Below the pieces are notes generated by a model. The model did no database searches, was not told where the DNA came from, and was given only the letters and a program-made list of their open reading frames with translations. From assembly GCA_965235115.1 (NCBI GenBank), contig OZ249437.1, positions 49,786,001-49,850,000 of the forward strand: 64,000 nt of DNA, given 5' to 3'. This document shows positions 51,640 to 64,000 of the stretch, piece by piece (positions within the stretch are counted from its first letter, which is position 1; every line of letters begins with the position of its first letter). This DNA comes from Laetmonice hystrix. Its lineage: Eukaryota. The position numbers and the translations under genes are program-made.

Positions 51640-53129
51640 CTGACACGCCGACAACGACCGACAATTTAGCCGGTCAGCCTCCCATGAACTGTAATGAATA
51701 GAAGCCCCCCCCCCCCCGGAAATTCTTCCGAACTTCCAAAGGCAACTGACAGAAGACATCTGCTCACATACACTGTGGCAGATACTTGAGAACGCAAGGT
51801 TTCTTCTCTGATGATGGATACAGTTTCCCTCCAGTGTTATAAATGGTGTATTCAATCAGAACTGGCTTTGTCCTTGAGTTACGTACTGTACCCAGTTCAG
51901 CAGCAATTATACCTTATTTCTATTTAATAATAAGTTACAAAAATAATGCCTCTTGAATCAATGATACTCAACAAACATACAGGTACAACAAAATTTAAGA
52001 TTTAAAAAAGAAGCCTCCAAAAAAATCTGAAGATCTGCAGTGACTTTGCCGACAAAATATAGTTAGGATTAAACGCAGCGAAACTGATGATCCTTCAAGC
52101 TACGAGTACCTCCATTTGTGCTAACAAATGCCCTACTGTTAAGAAAATACCTTAGAAAATGACGCTTCTTTAAACATAACTTAGAACATACAAGTTCTAA
52201 AAAATAAATAAAAATTAAATATATCCCTTCTCCTGCTATTGAGTTCCCGCAAATGGATTACCGATGGCAGATTTATCGAGAGTCAATATATTCATTATGT
52301 CAGCCGTATCTTAAGTGTCTGCCTCCATCCCTATATCTCCAGGGTGGGCTGTCCAGTCCTGTTTACTGAACGTAAGACAGAACACTGTGGGCACATCGAG
52401 GTGGGCGGCTCGTGAGCAAGACAGATCTGTCGTAAATCCTGATATAATTATTCTATAATTGCAGATACTAATATTACACTTTCCGTACATACTCTCAAGA
52501 CATGCATTATAGAACAATACCATATAGTGGTAAGACGCATGAACTACAAGCAATCATCTTTTTGTCTCTCTTGTATAGAACAAAGTTTAACGCTAACTTT
52601 TCAGAACATGTTTTACAATTCAATATTCAAGCAATTTTTAAAGTCTGCTTCGCGGCCAGAAAATTAGGTTATTTTTCCAGTAGCCTAGCGAATCTGTGAA
52701 AAGATCACAGATTAGGGATAGGTTTAAATCTTATTAAAGCAGATTTTGCTCCCCATTACGAACGATACGATGTTCGCACGCTTGAGACTGGTTGTCCGTC
52801 TAAATTACAGCCGACAACCTCCACGTCCCGTGTCATCAGTGAGCCAGCGTCGACGGCGTGGTGCGACGCTGCAAGCCTGCGGTGTCCCCCTGGCGGTGAC
52901 ATCACACACCACCCTGACAACACCAAGTCCCCGTAACGGCAGCACTGATGGGTTGAGACGTGCTTGAACCGAACCCCTGTGTTTCCATCTGAGAGGCAGA
53001 CCTCCCAGGACTTGACGTTGATCTCACCAATAACCCCCCAGACGTACGCGGCCTGTGTGCCAAAAACAGCACTTGAAACGGTATCGGCGTCGGTCCCTCT
53101 GACATTCGCTTGGCTGATGATGTCAGGAA

Positions 53130-53240
53130 CCCCAATGATCTCAATCAAATTTCACGCACTCTTGAGTCAAGTAGAGAACAGACAGACATATACCAGACTG
53201 AAAGAAGAAACAACCAGTATTCTTCATACAGACAAGAATG
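53130..53240 (+). mobile_element. Possible Penelope/LINE RT N-terminal relic
   Basis: KFHALLSQVENRQTYTRLKEETTS resembles the pre-RT K..LL.D..TY..L..DPT motif. Confidence 0.25.
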
Positions 53241-53527
53241 TTCACGCGACCAAAAAGTATCAATGCGTTGTTTGTTGGTGTTTGTGTTGGCGGCGTTGTA
53301 AAATGTTAGTGAGGAGACTGGAGATTGCATGATATATAAACCTGTCGTACAAATGGGCGATATGATCTAATACAGCAGTATCTGATTCTATGCAATAAAG
53401 GACTGACCCTCCCGGCATGGTCCAAAATAGGCAAATATGCCAGAGAGATTAGGCCTATGGCCATTTAGGCGACAGTACTGAGTTACGTGAGCAATTCAAT
53501 CAACCGACCAACTCGTGGAGAACGCTA

Positions 53528-53543
53528 GCGGTAGATGGCGCTG
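53528..53543 (+). promoter_or_regulatory. CTCF-like motif (GCGGTAGATGGCGCTG)
   Basis: Close to the consensus core AGATGGCGC. Confidence 0.35.
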
Positions 53544-55217
53544 CTGATCCTGGTAGGATGACGCCAGGAGTGAACATTCCCATTCATTCCCCCCATACCA
53601 CAAGTGGCTGGCGCGATCATTTAACCAACCAGACTGCCAGGAATTCTGATACGCCAACTGACACCTGTACTTACATGAACCCCCTGGTTCCTGGCAGTGT
53701 CAAACTTTGTTTGAGTCTTAAGGGTTAGGGTTCAATGTTCACAGATAACTACCAGGCCATTAGCTCCCCGACCGCCAATCTAAGAACCCGGTTCGGTACC
53801 TTAACCCTGACCCCTTCTTGAGTTGACCCATCAATCTACCGCCAGTGTCCTGCTGCTTGACCGATTGACCACTCACCCAGAGACCGCCTTACGCAATATC
53901 TCGGCTCCATTTATCTCAGGTTTGGGCAAACCCATCACTTTATGCCTTGGCTCCCGTAAATCACACACCATCTCAGCTGATTTATCCCGGAACCATGATT
54001 TAGCCGACCTGCCATTTTCCCACCGTTATCAGAACCCATAGAATCATCTTCTCCAATAAAGATCGCCATTAACCCACAATGTACACCCTCAATCCATTAT
54101 TCATTATACCTTTGGGAAGTCCGGCTCATCATACATTATAGAAATCAATACTCTGTGGGCCTATGAAGTGGTATTTTTGAAGTAACTTTTAGGAAAACTT
54201 TAGTTCGAGCTAAGTAAGAAAACATTGTAATATAATTAATAAACAAACCGATCATTTTTACTCCACAATTTGTATCAAACCTAAAGGGCGTGGACTCACC
54301 ATTCACAATTGATAAGTTCCATATGTATAGTGACTTCCACATGTATCATACGAGTAGCAACCTCCAAATGTGGTTAAGGTTAATTTGACCAAGTGGTTGG
54401 AGCGAGTGTGGGTCAGTGACGGTGGTCAGTGCCAGCGGAGAGTTTGGTTTTAGTGGTCAGCCTTTTCACTCAAGTATCCTTGACAACTGACACGCCTGAT
54501 ATTAAACTATCGTCTTTTGCACACATGACAGAAATGCCTAGCAATGTGCTCTTTTACAGCCCATCACAAATGGTTTTTGCCACGGAAGAGTGCAATTTGT
54601 CGGTCAAAATTAAACACATAAGCCACACTCCTTACATGCAGGCAATCCATCACGCATACTTCACTGTCCCCTCTCGAGGTCTCCCTGATTTATGAGCCAT
54701 TTCTGTAGGCGCGGAGCACTAGATTGCAGCCACATGGATTGCATGGCAACGCAGTCTCTTCGGAAATGACAATCGCACATATACGAGAAACTTTAGTGAC
54801 TTTCGTAGACATGGATCTTCTTCAATCTATTTTGATCAACATGTAGCAACTAACAAAAAAATTATTGCATTTTTCAAAATAAATATTAATGAATTTTAAT
54901 GAAATTGTAAAGTGCCAATGACAGTTATAAATCTGCAGAATATAATTATATAGTGAGCAGATTTCTTCCGGAAGCTTTGAACCCTTTTTGATCATTTAGA
55001 GAGATTCTTGGTAATGACCAAAGCGAACTGTACTAGAGCGATTGCTCAGGAAAGTAGCATTTTTCTGAAGGATAGCAAACGAAGATATATATCATTGTTA
55101 GATGATTCTGATAAAAAGTTACTCTTGACCTCAAGATAACTAGCCAGTTTCCGGAAGAGCACCCTTGGGGTCCTATCTCCTGAAGGAAGTAGACCCTCAA
55201 GTCGTACGGAAGCATAC

Positions 55218-55255
55218 CCCATATGTCCCGTAAACCTGGAATCTACCGCCGCCAT
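55218..55255 (-). CDS. Candidate first coding exon MAAVDSRFTGHMG
   Basis: AACATGGCGGCG start context followed by a GG|GTATGC donor (phase 2). Confidence 0.25.
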
Positions 55256-56067
55256 GTTCCGATAAATCTCGTGATAAACCTCCTAAGTTTAGACAACGTC
55301 TCCTGCCACTTGAGGAACCATGCCGAGTTCGGAATGGCGTCACCGCAACCACCAAACGTTCTCAATCGTGACCTTCTACAACGTCAAGGATTTCATCTTC
55401 AAAGTACGTTGCGCCATACAACTTTAAAGGACCATATAAAAATATGATGTCATAGTGTAATAATAACTTTCATATTGTTTTAATTGTGCGTTAGGCCTAC
55501 TTTTTTAGATTTTCACACGAATCCTGAAGCCAATGAAGAATACATTAGGAAATCGAGCGAATATTTCTACAGGATAAGGACTTAAGTGGAGGTCCGTCAC
55601 TACGGTCGCCGTGTGTATAATCTCAGCACCAATCGACCACACTTATCCTAACCTTGACCACATGGGGACATTATCAGCATGACTCATTAGTCATTTCATG
55701 AAACCTCCGTGGGAACTGCCCAGTATCCCCCCACCCACACCCATCCCCATCCACCCAGAGACCTCCCCCTTCACAATATCAGCAGGGGGACCGGCACAAT
55801 GTAATCTGAAACAATTAGCCATTTGTCCCGACCCTTGAGATTGTTTGGATCTGATGACAATCTGACTTATGCTAAACTTGGTTGATATTAAGGCGTGGTA
55901 CCGCCCCCTTCCCCCCAGTGGCGAACCACCTGATGTGCCCATGTGACGGAGACCCCACACAGAACTTCACCCACCATCAGACCACAGGCCCATCTCATGG
56001 CATCAGCTGACCTCAGATGATCCTATGTGACCTGCGGGTCAGAGGTCAAACCCCTTGTCTCTGACAG

Positions 56068-56226
56068 GGTATTTGACGAAAATTTTCTTGGATGTGCCAA
56101 TAGATTAAAGTGGTATGCTGACATATCAAATCGTTCTACCGCCAAATTAAGCAGCGTGTCTGGCTGGCCGTGTGTCCAAAAATACCTCCGGATTCTTCTC
56201 AAAACAGCAGGATACAAGACAGCAAG
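56068..56226 (+). CDS. Candidate coding exon (159 nt, phase 2-2), VFDENFLGCANRLKWYAD...KTAGYKTA
   Basis: CCCCTTGTCTCTGACAG| acceptor, AAG|GTACAT donor and an open frame. Confidence 0.25.
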
Positions 56227-56818
56227 GTACATAGGGGGAAAGGTGCAAAGTGTGCGTATACCTATGTTCCCATCATAAGCGGTTGATATGTACCTTTTGC
56301 AAGATCTATTCATTTAATGTATACAGGTTTGTTCCGTTTTTGTTTGTGTTTTTTCTAAAAACAGTTTTAACTGATCCTGCGCTGTTTACTTGTAATGCTA
56401 CATAACAAAAATAAATTCCACGTACGGACCTGCTGGTTGCGTAAAAATTCAAGTACAAACTTCAGTTTGCTTTGGTTTTACTACTCACGATATCAAAATA
56501 TCCTGATGCTCTTCATAACGTTTTAGGGAACCGATTTTGAATCATCTGTAGATTGCTTTTCTTCAGACACGATACACTCAGTTGCTCATTTCAAGCAGTA
56601 TCATATACCGTGCCGAGCTGGTCTTAAAACTAGATTAGCTGCATCCAAAAACTGGGCAGCACTGTACGTGATTATCAGAGAACACCTCATTATGTGGAAA
56701 CCACTCTGTATCCGGACACTACTGACACTTAGTACTGGTTATCTGCACTCTGCTCAACACATTCACAGCACGCGTCTGCCGGAATCAAAATACATCCTGT
56801 AATATTCGTAAGAGCTAG

Positions 56819-56978
56819 CTGAGACTGAGAGTTTCTCAGGCATCGTGAAGGAGCTACACTGTTCCTGACATAGAAACCTTGTGTTATGGGGGTCCAGCCA
56901 ACTGAGACTGAGAGTTTCTCAGGCATCGTGAAGGAGCTACACTGTTCCTGACATAGAAACCTTGTGTTATGGAGGTCC
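56819..56978. repeat. Direct duplication with an 83-bp period (77 bp matched)
   Basis: CTGAGACTGAGAGTTTCTCAGGCATCG... starts at 56819 and 56902. Confidence 0.95.
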
Positions 56979-59900
56979 CGCCGTCTCTGTCTGGGCGCCT
57001 CTAATGATCCTGATTAATTTAATGATCTAACGACGTTAAGGGACACTCACAAGTTATTAGCCTTTCCCCCCATTTCCCTGCACTAGACTTCCAGACAAAC
57101 TCAGAAGTTCTGTGTCTCCAAAACTGGTCATGGCCACCCTTTTTTCACGGACGTTTATCAACATTTGGAGTTCTTAGAATGATTATCTGTGTGGTTTCCT
57201 TTTACTGCCCATGTTCTAACAAATATCTACTCTGTTTGGTCGTTTTCATGCAGAAAAGATCCGAATTTCTGTTTACTTTATTATAACAACTCTTTTTTCA
57301 TGTCGGATCACTTTCTATCGCTACTGGTCTTTCTTTACTATCTATATTTCAAATGTTTCTGGATATCCCTAGGTCTAATATCAATAGATCAACGAACCAT
57401 AGGCCTAATTCCTCCACCAGTGACCCTGGCTGTTATGGAGGCGAAAACTTCCAACTTCCAAATCTAAACTATTTATTTTACCTGTATGGGAAGGAGCCCT
57501 GAACGTGGGAAGATGTTCTATGAAGAGAATTTGACACAACAAGTTGTTTAATATGGAAGTCTAGACGCAACGCGTACTACTGAAAATGATATTCCACCCA
57601 TATTTCTCAGGGTAAACAAAGACCCGAAGACATGGGTGTAAAAATATGTCTCTCTCCCTGTGACCCTTGGCTGGTCTGTGACATCTTCATTGAAAACTTG
57701 TTGCGAGGTCGTGTTGGTCTGTCATGGAGGCCATCCAAGGCAAATTTGTTCCATGTGGGACACCTCTCTGAACATGAAATTAATCCCTTGTGATACTGAC
57801 CCTTCTATGCGGAAACATATGGCCAGCATACTGACATGTCGGTCTCGGAAGTCGCCCACACGGCAAGTGTAACAGCAGACAGGAAACTGACAAATGACCT
57901 TCCGGAGAAACCTGCGACCTTGACCTTGTTGAAGGATTGCCATGGCTACGAGAGAAGCATGCAGGCCGGGAAGTACTAACCCAAGTTGGCACACATATCC
58001 TGGTTTTCATTACTGTGAAGAACTGAATGACGAGTGAGAGTTTTGACTTGTCATCACAGGCCAACCACGCATGCTGAACGCTACAAGCAAGGAAGTCACC
58101 AGGCATACTCGTCCACTTCACCCATTTTTCGAACAAGAATCTAGGCGCTATATAATTCTTATCAAATTACAACGCCTTGCAGGATTTCTTGTACATATTC
58201 AAAACCAATCATGGTTTCACTTTAAACGGATTAATGTCCAGTTTACACTCACCAGCGAATTCAGTACCCTACTCGGCCCCATAGCACCTTTGGAATTCTC
58301 CCCCTGGCATCAGAGACTTCTTTAGACTTGGACTTGACGGCAGTTAACGAAGGCAGATCATTAAGTTAGCGCTGCTCGTGTTTGCAGAATGCCACAGAGG
58401 TTGAGAGTTGTGTAATGCCGAAATTCAATCACGCTGTTCTCGCCGTATAAGTGGCCGATTCCAGGCAGGAATGACAATGACATGAAACCCGTACCCCCTT
58501 GGGATGTCATAATTTACCCTCCATTACATAATGTTTGGCCACATTATGTAACAGTGGCCCTGTATCGTATCCCGTGCCTCTGGACAGAGCTGACTCATCA
58601 AATCTTCACCACCAATCTCTCCAAGTGGAACTAGTATCCGCAACCTTCTGACCCATACATCTGCGGAATTCTCTTTATGATAACCTTGGCTCCACACACA
58701 CAGGACGAGACAGGTAGTGGCATGCTTGGGCTATAAATGCTCCTGGTCTATTTACGGGCGGCTAGGCAGAAAATTTCCTGGGATCCATTCCGAAGTCCTG
58801 GACCTATGTCTGCAGATGAGAGCCGCCATGTATTAAAACTCAAACACAAAGGTACGTACGACAAGTCCATCACGTAATGTTAAACAATCATCCCCGACAT
58901 TGATGCCAGATAGCAGAACAATTTCATGTTCTTTGCACTAATGTCCGGGATTGGACACATAGGAAACCTCGCGACCCAGATATCTAACCATTTTCATGGG
59001 GATCATGAGCTCTGCATAAATCCGAGACGAAATTAATCAGCGAAAAGTTTGTACCTTCAAAATTATAGTATCGACAGAAACAAGGTGCAGCCCATCCATA
59101 AGTCAAACCCAAAGAAATTCTGGCAGAAACTAGAAGACACGTGCAGCTTTCTACATTGATTGAATAAGTCTTTTTGCCCCTAGGGGTTGGAGTGGGGACT
59201 AGAGGGTTGGGGCAATGTCATTTCAAGGTCAAACGGGTGGGGGGTAATCCACAGCCATTGAGGAATGCAACAATTCACTAGGGTGGTCTGGGGTGTTTTG
59301 GGGTGGAGATCTGTCATAAAAGTCAATTCCTAATGGGTGCCAGGACACGATTCAGGCCTTGCTAATGGTTGCCCTGGGCGAACCTTACCGCAGACTCTCG
59401 TACTCGTGCACCAAACACACTTAGCGTGCACGTTACTCTTGCTTACTTCATCCTTGTTTTACACAAATAAATATTACTCTCAACGGCGGCGCCACAAGCC
59501 TCACTACGAAAAATGACAACTAATCTTACTGGTTTTAACGTAATATTTCTTATAGCATTGGGAAATATATTTGTCTGAATCCTATACGGATTATATTGCC
59601 CTATCTTTTTTTAAATAGTGTGTATTCAAAGTGGCCTTCAATGAGTCAACCAGAAACTACAGCAGTGCTCGGACCGCCATCTGTCGGTCAAGGTTTGTTT
59701 CTGTCAGTTACAAACGTCCAAATGAAAAGATAAAATTGGGAAAACAGACGGGTGAATAAAAGTCTTTTGTGTAACTCCCCCCCCCCCCCCCCACACACAC
59801 ACACACGGCGTTTTAGGCATCCCATCAGATCGATACGCGAGCTTATGGCTTTCTGATTTTAATATTCTTTCTTGAAGAACCATATTATATTGAGTAAAAT

Positions 59901-61019
59901 GCGGAACTACGTCTCCTAAATGTTCCTATCCTGATATGGATCCCTGCTTCGAGTACACATCCTCGCATACAATAATTTAATATACCAGACCACACCAATA
60001 AAGTGCAGGAGGCAGGTGCTACTCAGCCAAAAGAGGCAATCTCTACCCGTGCCACAGGGATGGATAGATGGACGCTGAATGTACGACACTTGTGCAACAT
60101 CCAATAGTTATCAAATGAAGCCGCCCAGAGTCTAGAACGACGCTACCATAGCTTCTAGATTAGACAGAATCTGAGATTGAGATGAGAACTGATTCCTGTA
60201 TGAATTCAAATACATGTACAAGTTATCCACCTTACTGTATTGAATCTACATTACGAATGTACTTCTCGGGATCGGCAATACCGGGATTGCCAGCAATACT
60301 ACTCCGTCAGGTCAATCACGAGAGACAGCGTTGTAAACGGACCTCTTTTAATCATGTATTGTAGTAATACCGCTACCTTCGGCACATCACACCATTTATT
60401 GGATTTGAATATCTGAACTTGGATGACGATTACTGGAAGAGAATTAGTGCATAGTATGTTATAGCGTTATATTAATAAAATATGTGCAGATATATCACAC
60501 TGGAACCTACGTGTGTCTACTATCTCCTCTGGGACTAATACAGGACACAACATACTCTTTTGATGGGTATAAATTGGTGCCATTTTTAAATGAACGTCAG
60601 CAGCATAACCTACGAAAGTCCGTCTCCCATTACATAGCCCTTGATTTATTCAATACCTAAGGAACTATTCCCCCCTCCCGTATCCTGCTCATAATGTTGT
60701 CAAATATATCACAAAATCAATATTGCATGTAGTGATAACACCCTGTAAATTGATATACCCAAACCAAAGACAGCTCCATTCTGCTAAGAGTATTGGATGT
60801 CATATTGTCAGAGTTGCAAGATAAAGTTCCAATTCAATACTCATTGAAGAAAATAGTAGGAAATTGAGGCCACTTTCTCGGTAAGCAGTTAAATACCCTT
60901 ACTTGATGTTTCAAAATTAATTATAAATTTTTGGTAACTATCCATTACTTTACTTACATACTTAATGCGTATGTTGCAATCGCTAGCATTGAAAGATTTC
61001 TTGTGCATTCATCTTAACT

Positions 61020-61134
61020 GTTCCTGGGGCAGATTTTGGTAAGGGGGCTAGGTGAAGAATTTGCTTTGGGGGGTTCAGCATGGTGTAACTCCTAACCCCT
61101 ACCCCCCCCCCCCCCCCCCCCCGATCCGCCACTG
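61020..61134 (-). mobile_element. End of a C/G-run MITE family (CAGTGGCGGATC terminus); related CAGGCGCGGATCC terminus at 13806-13818
   Basis: GATCCGCCACTG follows a long poly-C run; the same architecture occurs at 13740-13818. Confidence 0.4.
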
Positions 61135-64000
61135 AACTACCTTCGAGTGTCCGGCAGAGAGCGGAGACCACGAGCCGTCGGGTCACCGTACTGGGGGACA
61201 CCATGAACCCTGGATGACCCCACTGTGGACGCTCTGTATTGGCGTGATAGTAAATCAGAGACCCACAAATTGATAGACTGACGGCGGATCAGGGTAGTTC
61301 AATGGGGTGTGGGAGTAGGATCAATGGTGATCAACCCCCTCCCCAGGGTGGTATACCCCTTGTCTGATGGCCACTTGTTGTGGCAGCACTGGGCCCATTC
61401 CAATGGCCTAGCCCGATCCCATGATATGACTTCTCCTAAATGCAGAATCAGAAAGACAACGAAGAGGTGAGGGAAAATGGGGGCGGGGGTCTTAACGGTC
61501 TCAAGGATGGAACAATGTCTTTAATCATATGAATTACACAGCGGGGCATAGTAATTGTTTTATGGAGTAATTTCTATTCCGAGTTTGGGATTGGTTGTCT
61601 GCCCGATCAGTTCTGATCTATGGTTACAGTGGGTTAATCAGAAGGGCAATATTGACGTATGGGGCAAAGGCCAAGGCCTTTGGGTGACTTGCCCATCCTC
61701 CCGGGATACATAATGCTGCCTGCCTATCTGAATACAGCAGGCCGCCGGGGATACAATGCCCTGTTGCGATGGCGATCAAGTGGTGGTCATTTCCGTGAAA
61801 CTGTGTTTGCAGTCCGTTAGATTTTCCCATTGCTTGATCTTTTTCTGGCTGTCAGAATACGACACTCTCAGGCCAGTTGCTTCCAGCTGGGTTATAAGAA
61901 CTCAGCTATGCAAACGTGTTCTGAGGGGAAATTCTACAAAGTTATGGCTGATTTCACTTCAGCGTGGCTTGAACACTAAAAGCATTGCAAAATGATGCCG
62001 ACTGTATTCAGTTTGGCACACCCAATTCATAAAAAAACTGCTTAAAAGCAGCGCTCTCCACTGGATAGATTATTTGTACATGTAGGCCTACTTCCATATG
62101 TGCTAGCGAGAATCAGAGGACTGAAATTTGTTCGCTGCGGCTGTCTACTTTCTTAACAGATGTGAGGTCAAATATCTATCGTGTACCAATGTGAATCATT
62201 ATGTTCCTTCATTATATCTTTCAGATGGAACATTAAGGACGTGTTTTTTATCTCTAAGTAAACTAAGCAATCATATTTAGCTTGAGTTCACTCGGGATTT
62301 TATTTCCCTGACTGTAGTTATTTACATTACACATGTATATCATTCAGCTCTCACCTAGCTGTTATTCCAGTATGTGCCCCATTCCCAGGCAAAAAAAAAG
62401 AAGAAAAAATGACAAAATAGGCTAATTCTTCATGCAAACGAGCTACATCCATTACCACAAAAACAAATTGGACAATATATCGAGTTTGTTTAATATATAT
62501 GAGGGATTAAGAGAGCCTTTTTTTTTCTTCTTCTTCTTTTTTTCCCGCGCAGCGATCCAGGAAAACCTGACTTGGTGTGTGTATTTATAGTGTAGTTCTC
62601 CATTATCTGACTGTTCTCTAACAGCGTTACCCGCCTGGATTGCATGCGAACACCTTCACGCAGAGATATAGTAGGTGGAGCCTGGGGGGGGGGGACTGTA
62701 TCCTTTATCAGTGGGACAGGAACAAATGCGGCCGTCTGTGATGATGTAGATGGTCTCTCTCAGGAATACATGCTCACTGGGCTGATTGATGAGTGTGTCA
62801 GGTTTGTCTGACATTGTTGGATAGCCCAACAACACAGATGTGTGCGGGAGAGCTAGGAAAAATTATTAGTTGGAAATAAACATCATCATCAGTCAGTGTT
62901 AATGAACACGTTTAAATTTCTAAACCAATCTCAGCAGATGTTCGCTGCTTAACGCTGACAACAGAACTGGGAGACAATCAGAGAAACAAACCATTCTGGA
63001 ATTATGTCTGTATATCTTTGATAGATGGTCTTTCTCTCTCTCAGGATTTTCACCACTACTCCCTTCCGATTGCTATTTTGTCTTACCTCTGAATCTGTTG
63101 ATCTTCTCCAGTATATATGCTGTAATTATATGACAATACGGCGCCTGGATGCTTATTGAAAACTAATGTAAAATCCAAGAGGTGTTCCAAATGCATGTCT
63201 TAAAATATATTCAATCCAAGTCCTCGAAATAGAGCCAGGTTTTCCCCCCAAATTATACTCAAGAGAGATTTCCTGGTAAGGTCATGTTAGCTATAGTATT
63301 TAAATGGCTACTTGGATTGGCACTAATTCTCAAAGGTGTATGTTCCTGCTCGCAGTGTCGCAGCCGGAGCAAACTTCGCATCTGGAGAACAGTTTTTTTC
63401 GGAAAGGGCTGATTGAGATTTAAGGGAAGAAGGGGACCCATTTAATGTTTCTCAAAATCCCATGTCGTCTAATAAATATGAGTGTATATGCTGTCACATT
63501 AATATGGGTAGGGGGTTTGGGGAACCGGGCCAGAACCCGTCTCCTCCACCATTAGACGACCCATTAGATGACCCAGTCCAATTTCTCTGCAGAAAGCCAA
63601 TGACGGATACGTTCACATGCAGCGAGGGAATACCAATTCCGTAACAGGGGACCAAAACCCGAGTTTATGCCTTGCCTCCAACAGGCAAATGCACAGTAAT
63701 CACTCATGGAATGCCTCGGAGGCTCGACAATCAGACACATCATAGGAGACAAGCAGCAATTTCCGCGCACCGCTCCTCTAAGCGTCTGAATGCCCTTCCC
63801 GCTCAGGATCAACTCTACCGCGAAGATGTTTTACTCAAGAGATGCGAACAGTATGTGCATAGATAACATCATTAGAGCCCGCGGCAAGTTTTCAAGCACC
63901 ACTGTGGTGAAACTCTCCGCTTCCCACCGCGCACAAGTGATAATTTGCATCCCTCTAGGCAGACACCACTTTCGGGCAACAATGCTCTGATCAAGAGCTG

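Noticed and set aside
53720-53815. Telomere-like GGGTTAGGG/AACCCT motifs
   Set aside because: Only one or two units; not an interstitial telomeric array.
1838-63990. Most 60-100 aa ORFs in the supplied track
   Set aside because: Short, often with GTG/TTG starts that are rarely used in eukaryotes, and with no recognisable domains; consistent with chance.

Overview
Eukaryotic, probably metazoan (invertebrate-like) genomic DNA, roughly 40% GC by eye. It is mostly intergenic/intronic, with no operons, rRNA, tRNA or CRISPR array. The only long clean ORF is an intronless 420-codon coiled-coil protein (23922-25184, +) that I cannot assign to a family. The rest comprises many tandem arrays (26, 30, 31, 42, 47 and 305 bp units), local duplications, MITE-like elements and faint relics resembling DIRS/Ngaro, Tc1, Penelope, L2 and Gypsy proteins. 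There are also promoter-like motif clusters (X-box, CRE+ETS, ETS+NRF1, CTCF-like) and several unassigned candidate spliced exons. All relic and exon calls come from manual translation and remembered motifs, with no database search. I did not find a clearly demonstrable new multi-gene system. The best leads are the orphan ORF, the structured minisatellites, a phase-consistent three-exon chain at 51.1-51.6 kb and two stop-poor frames.
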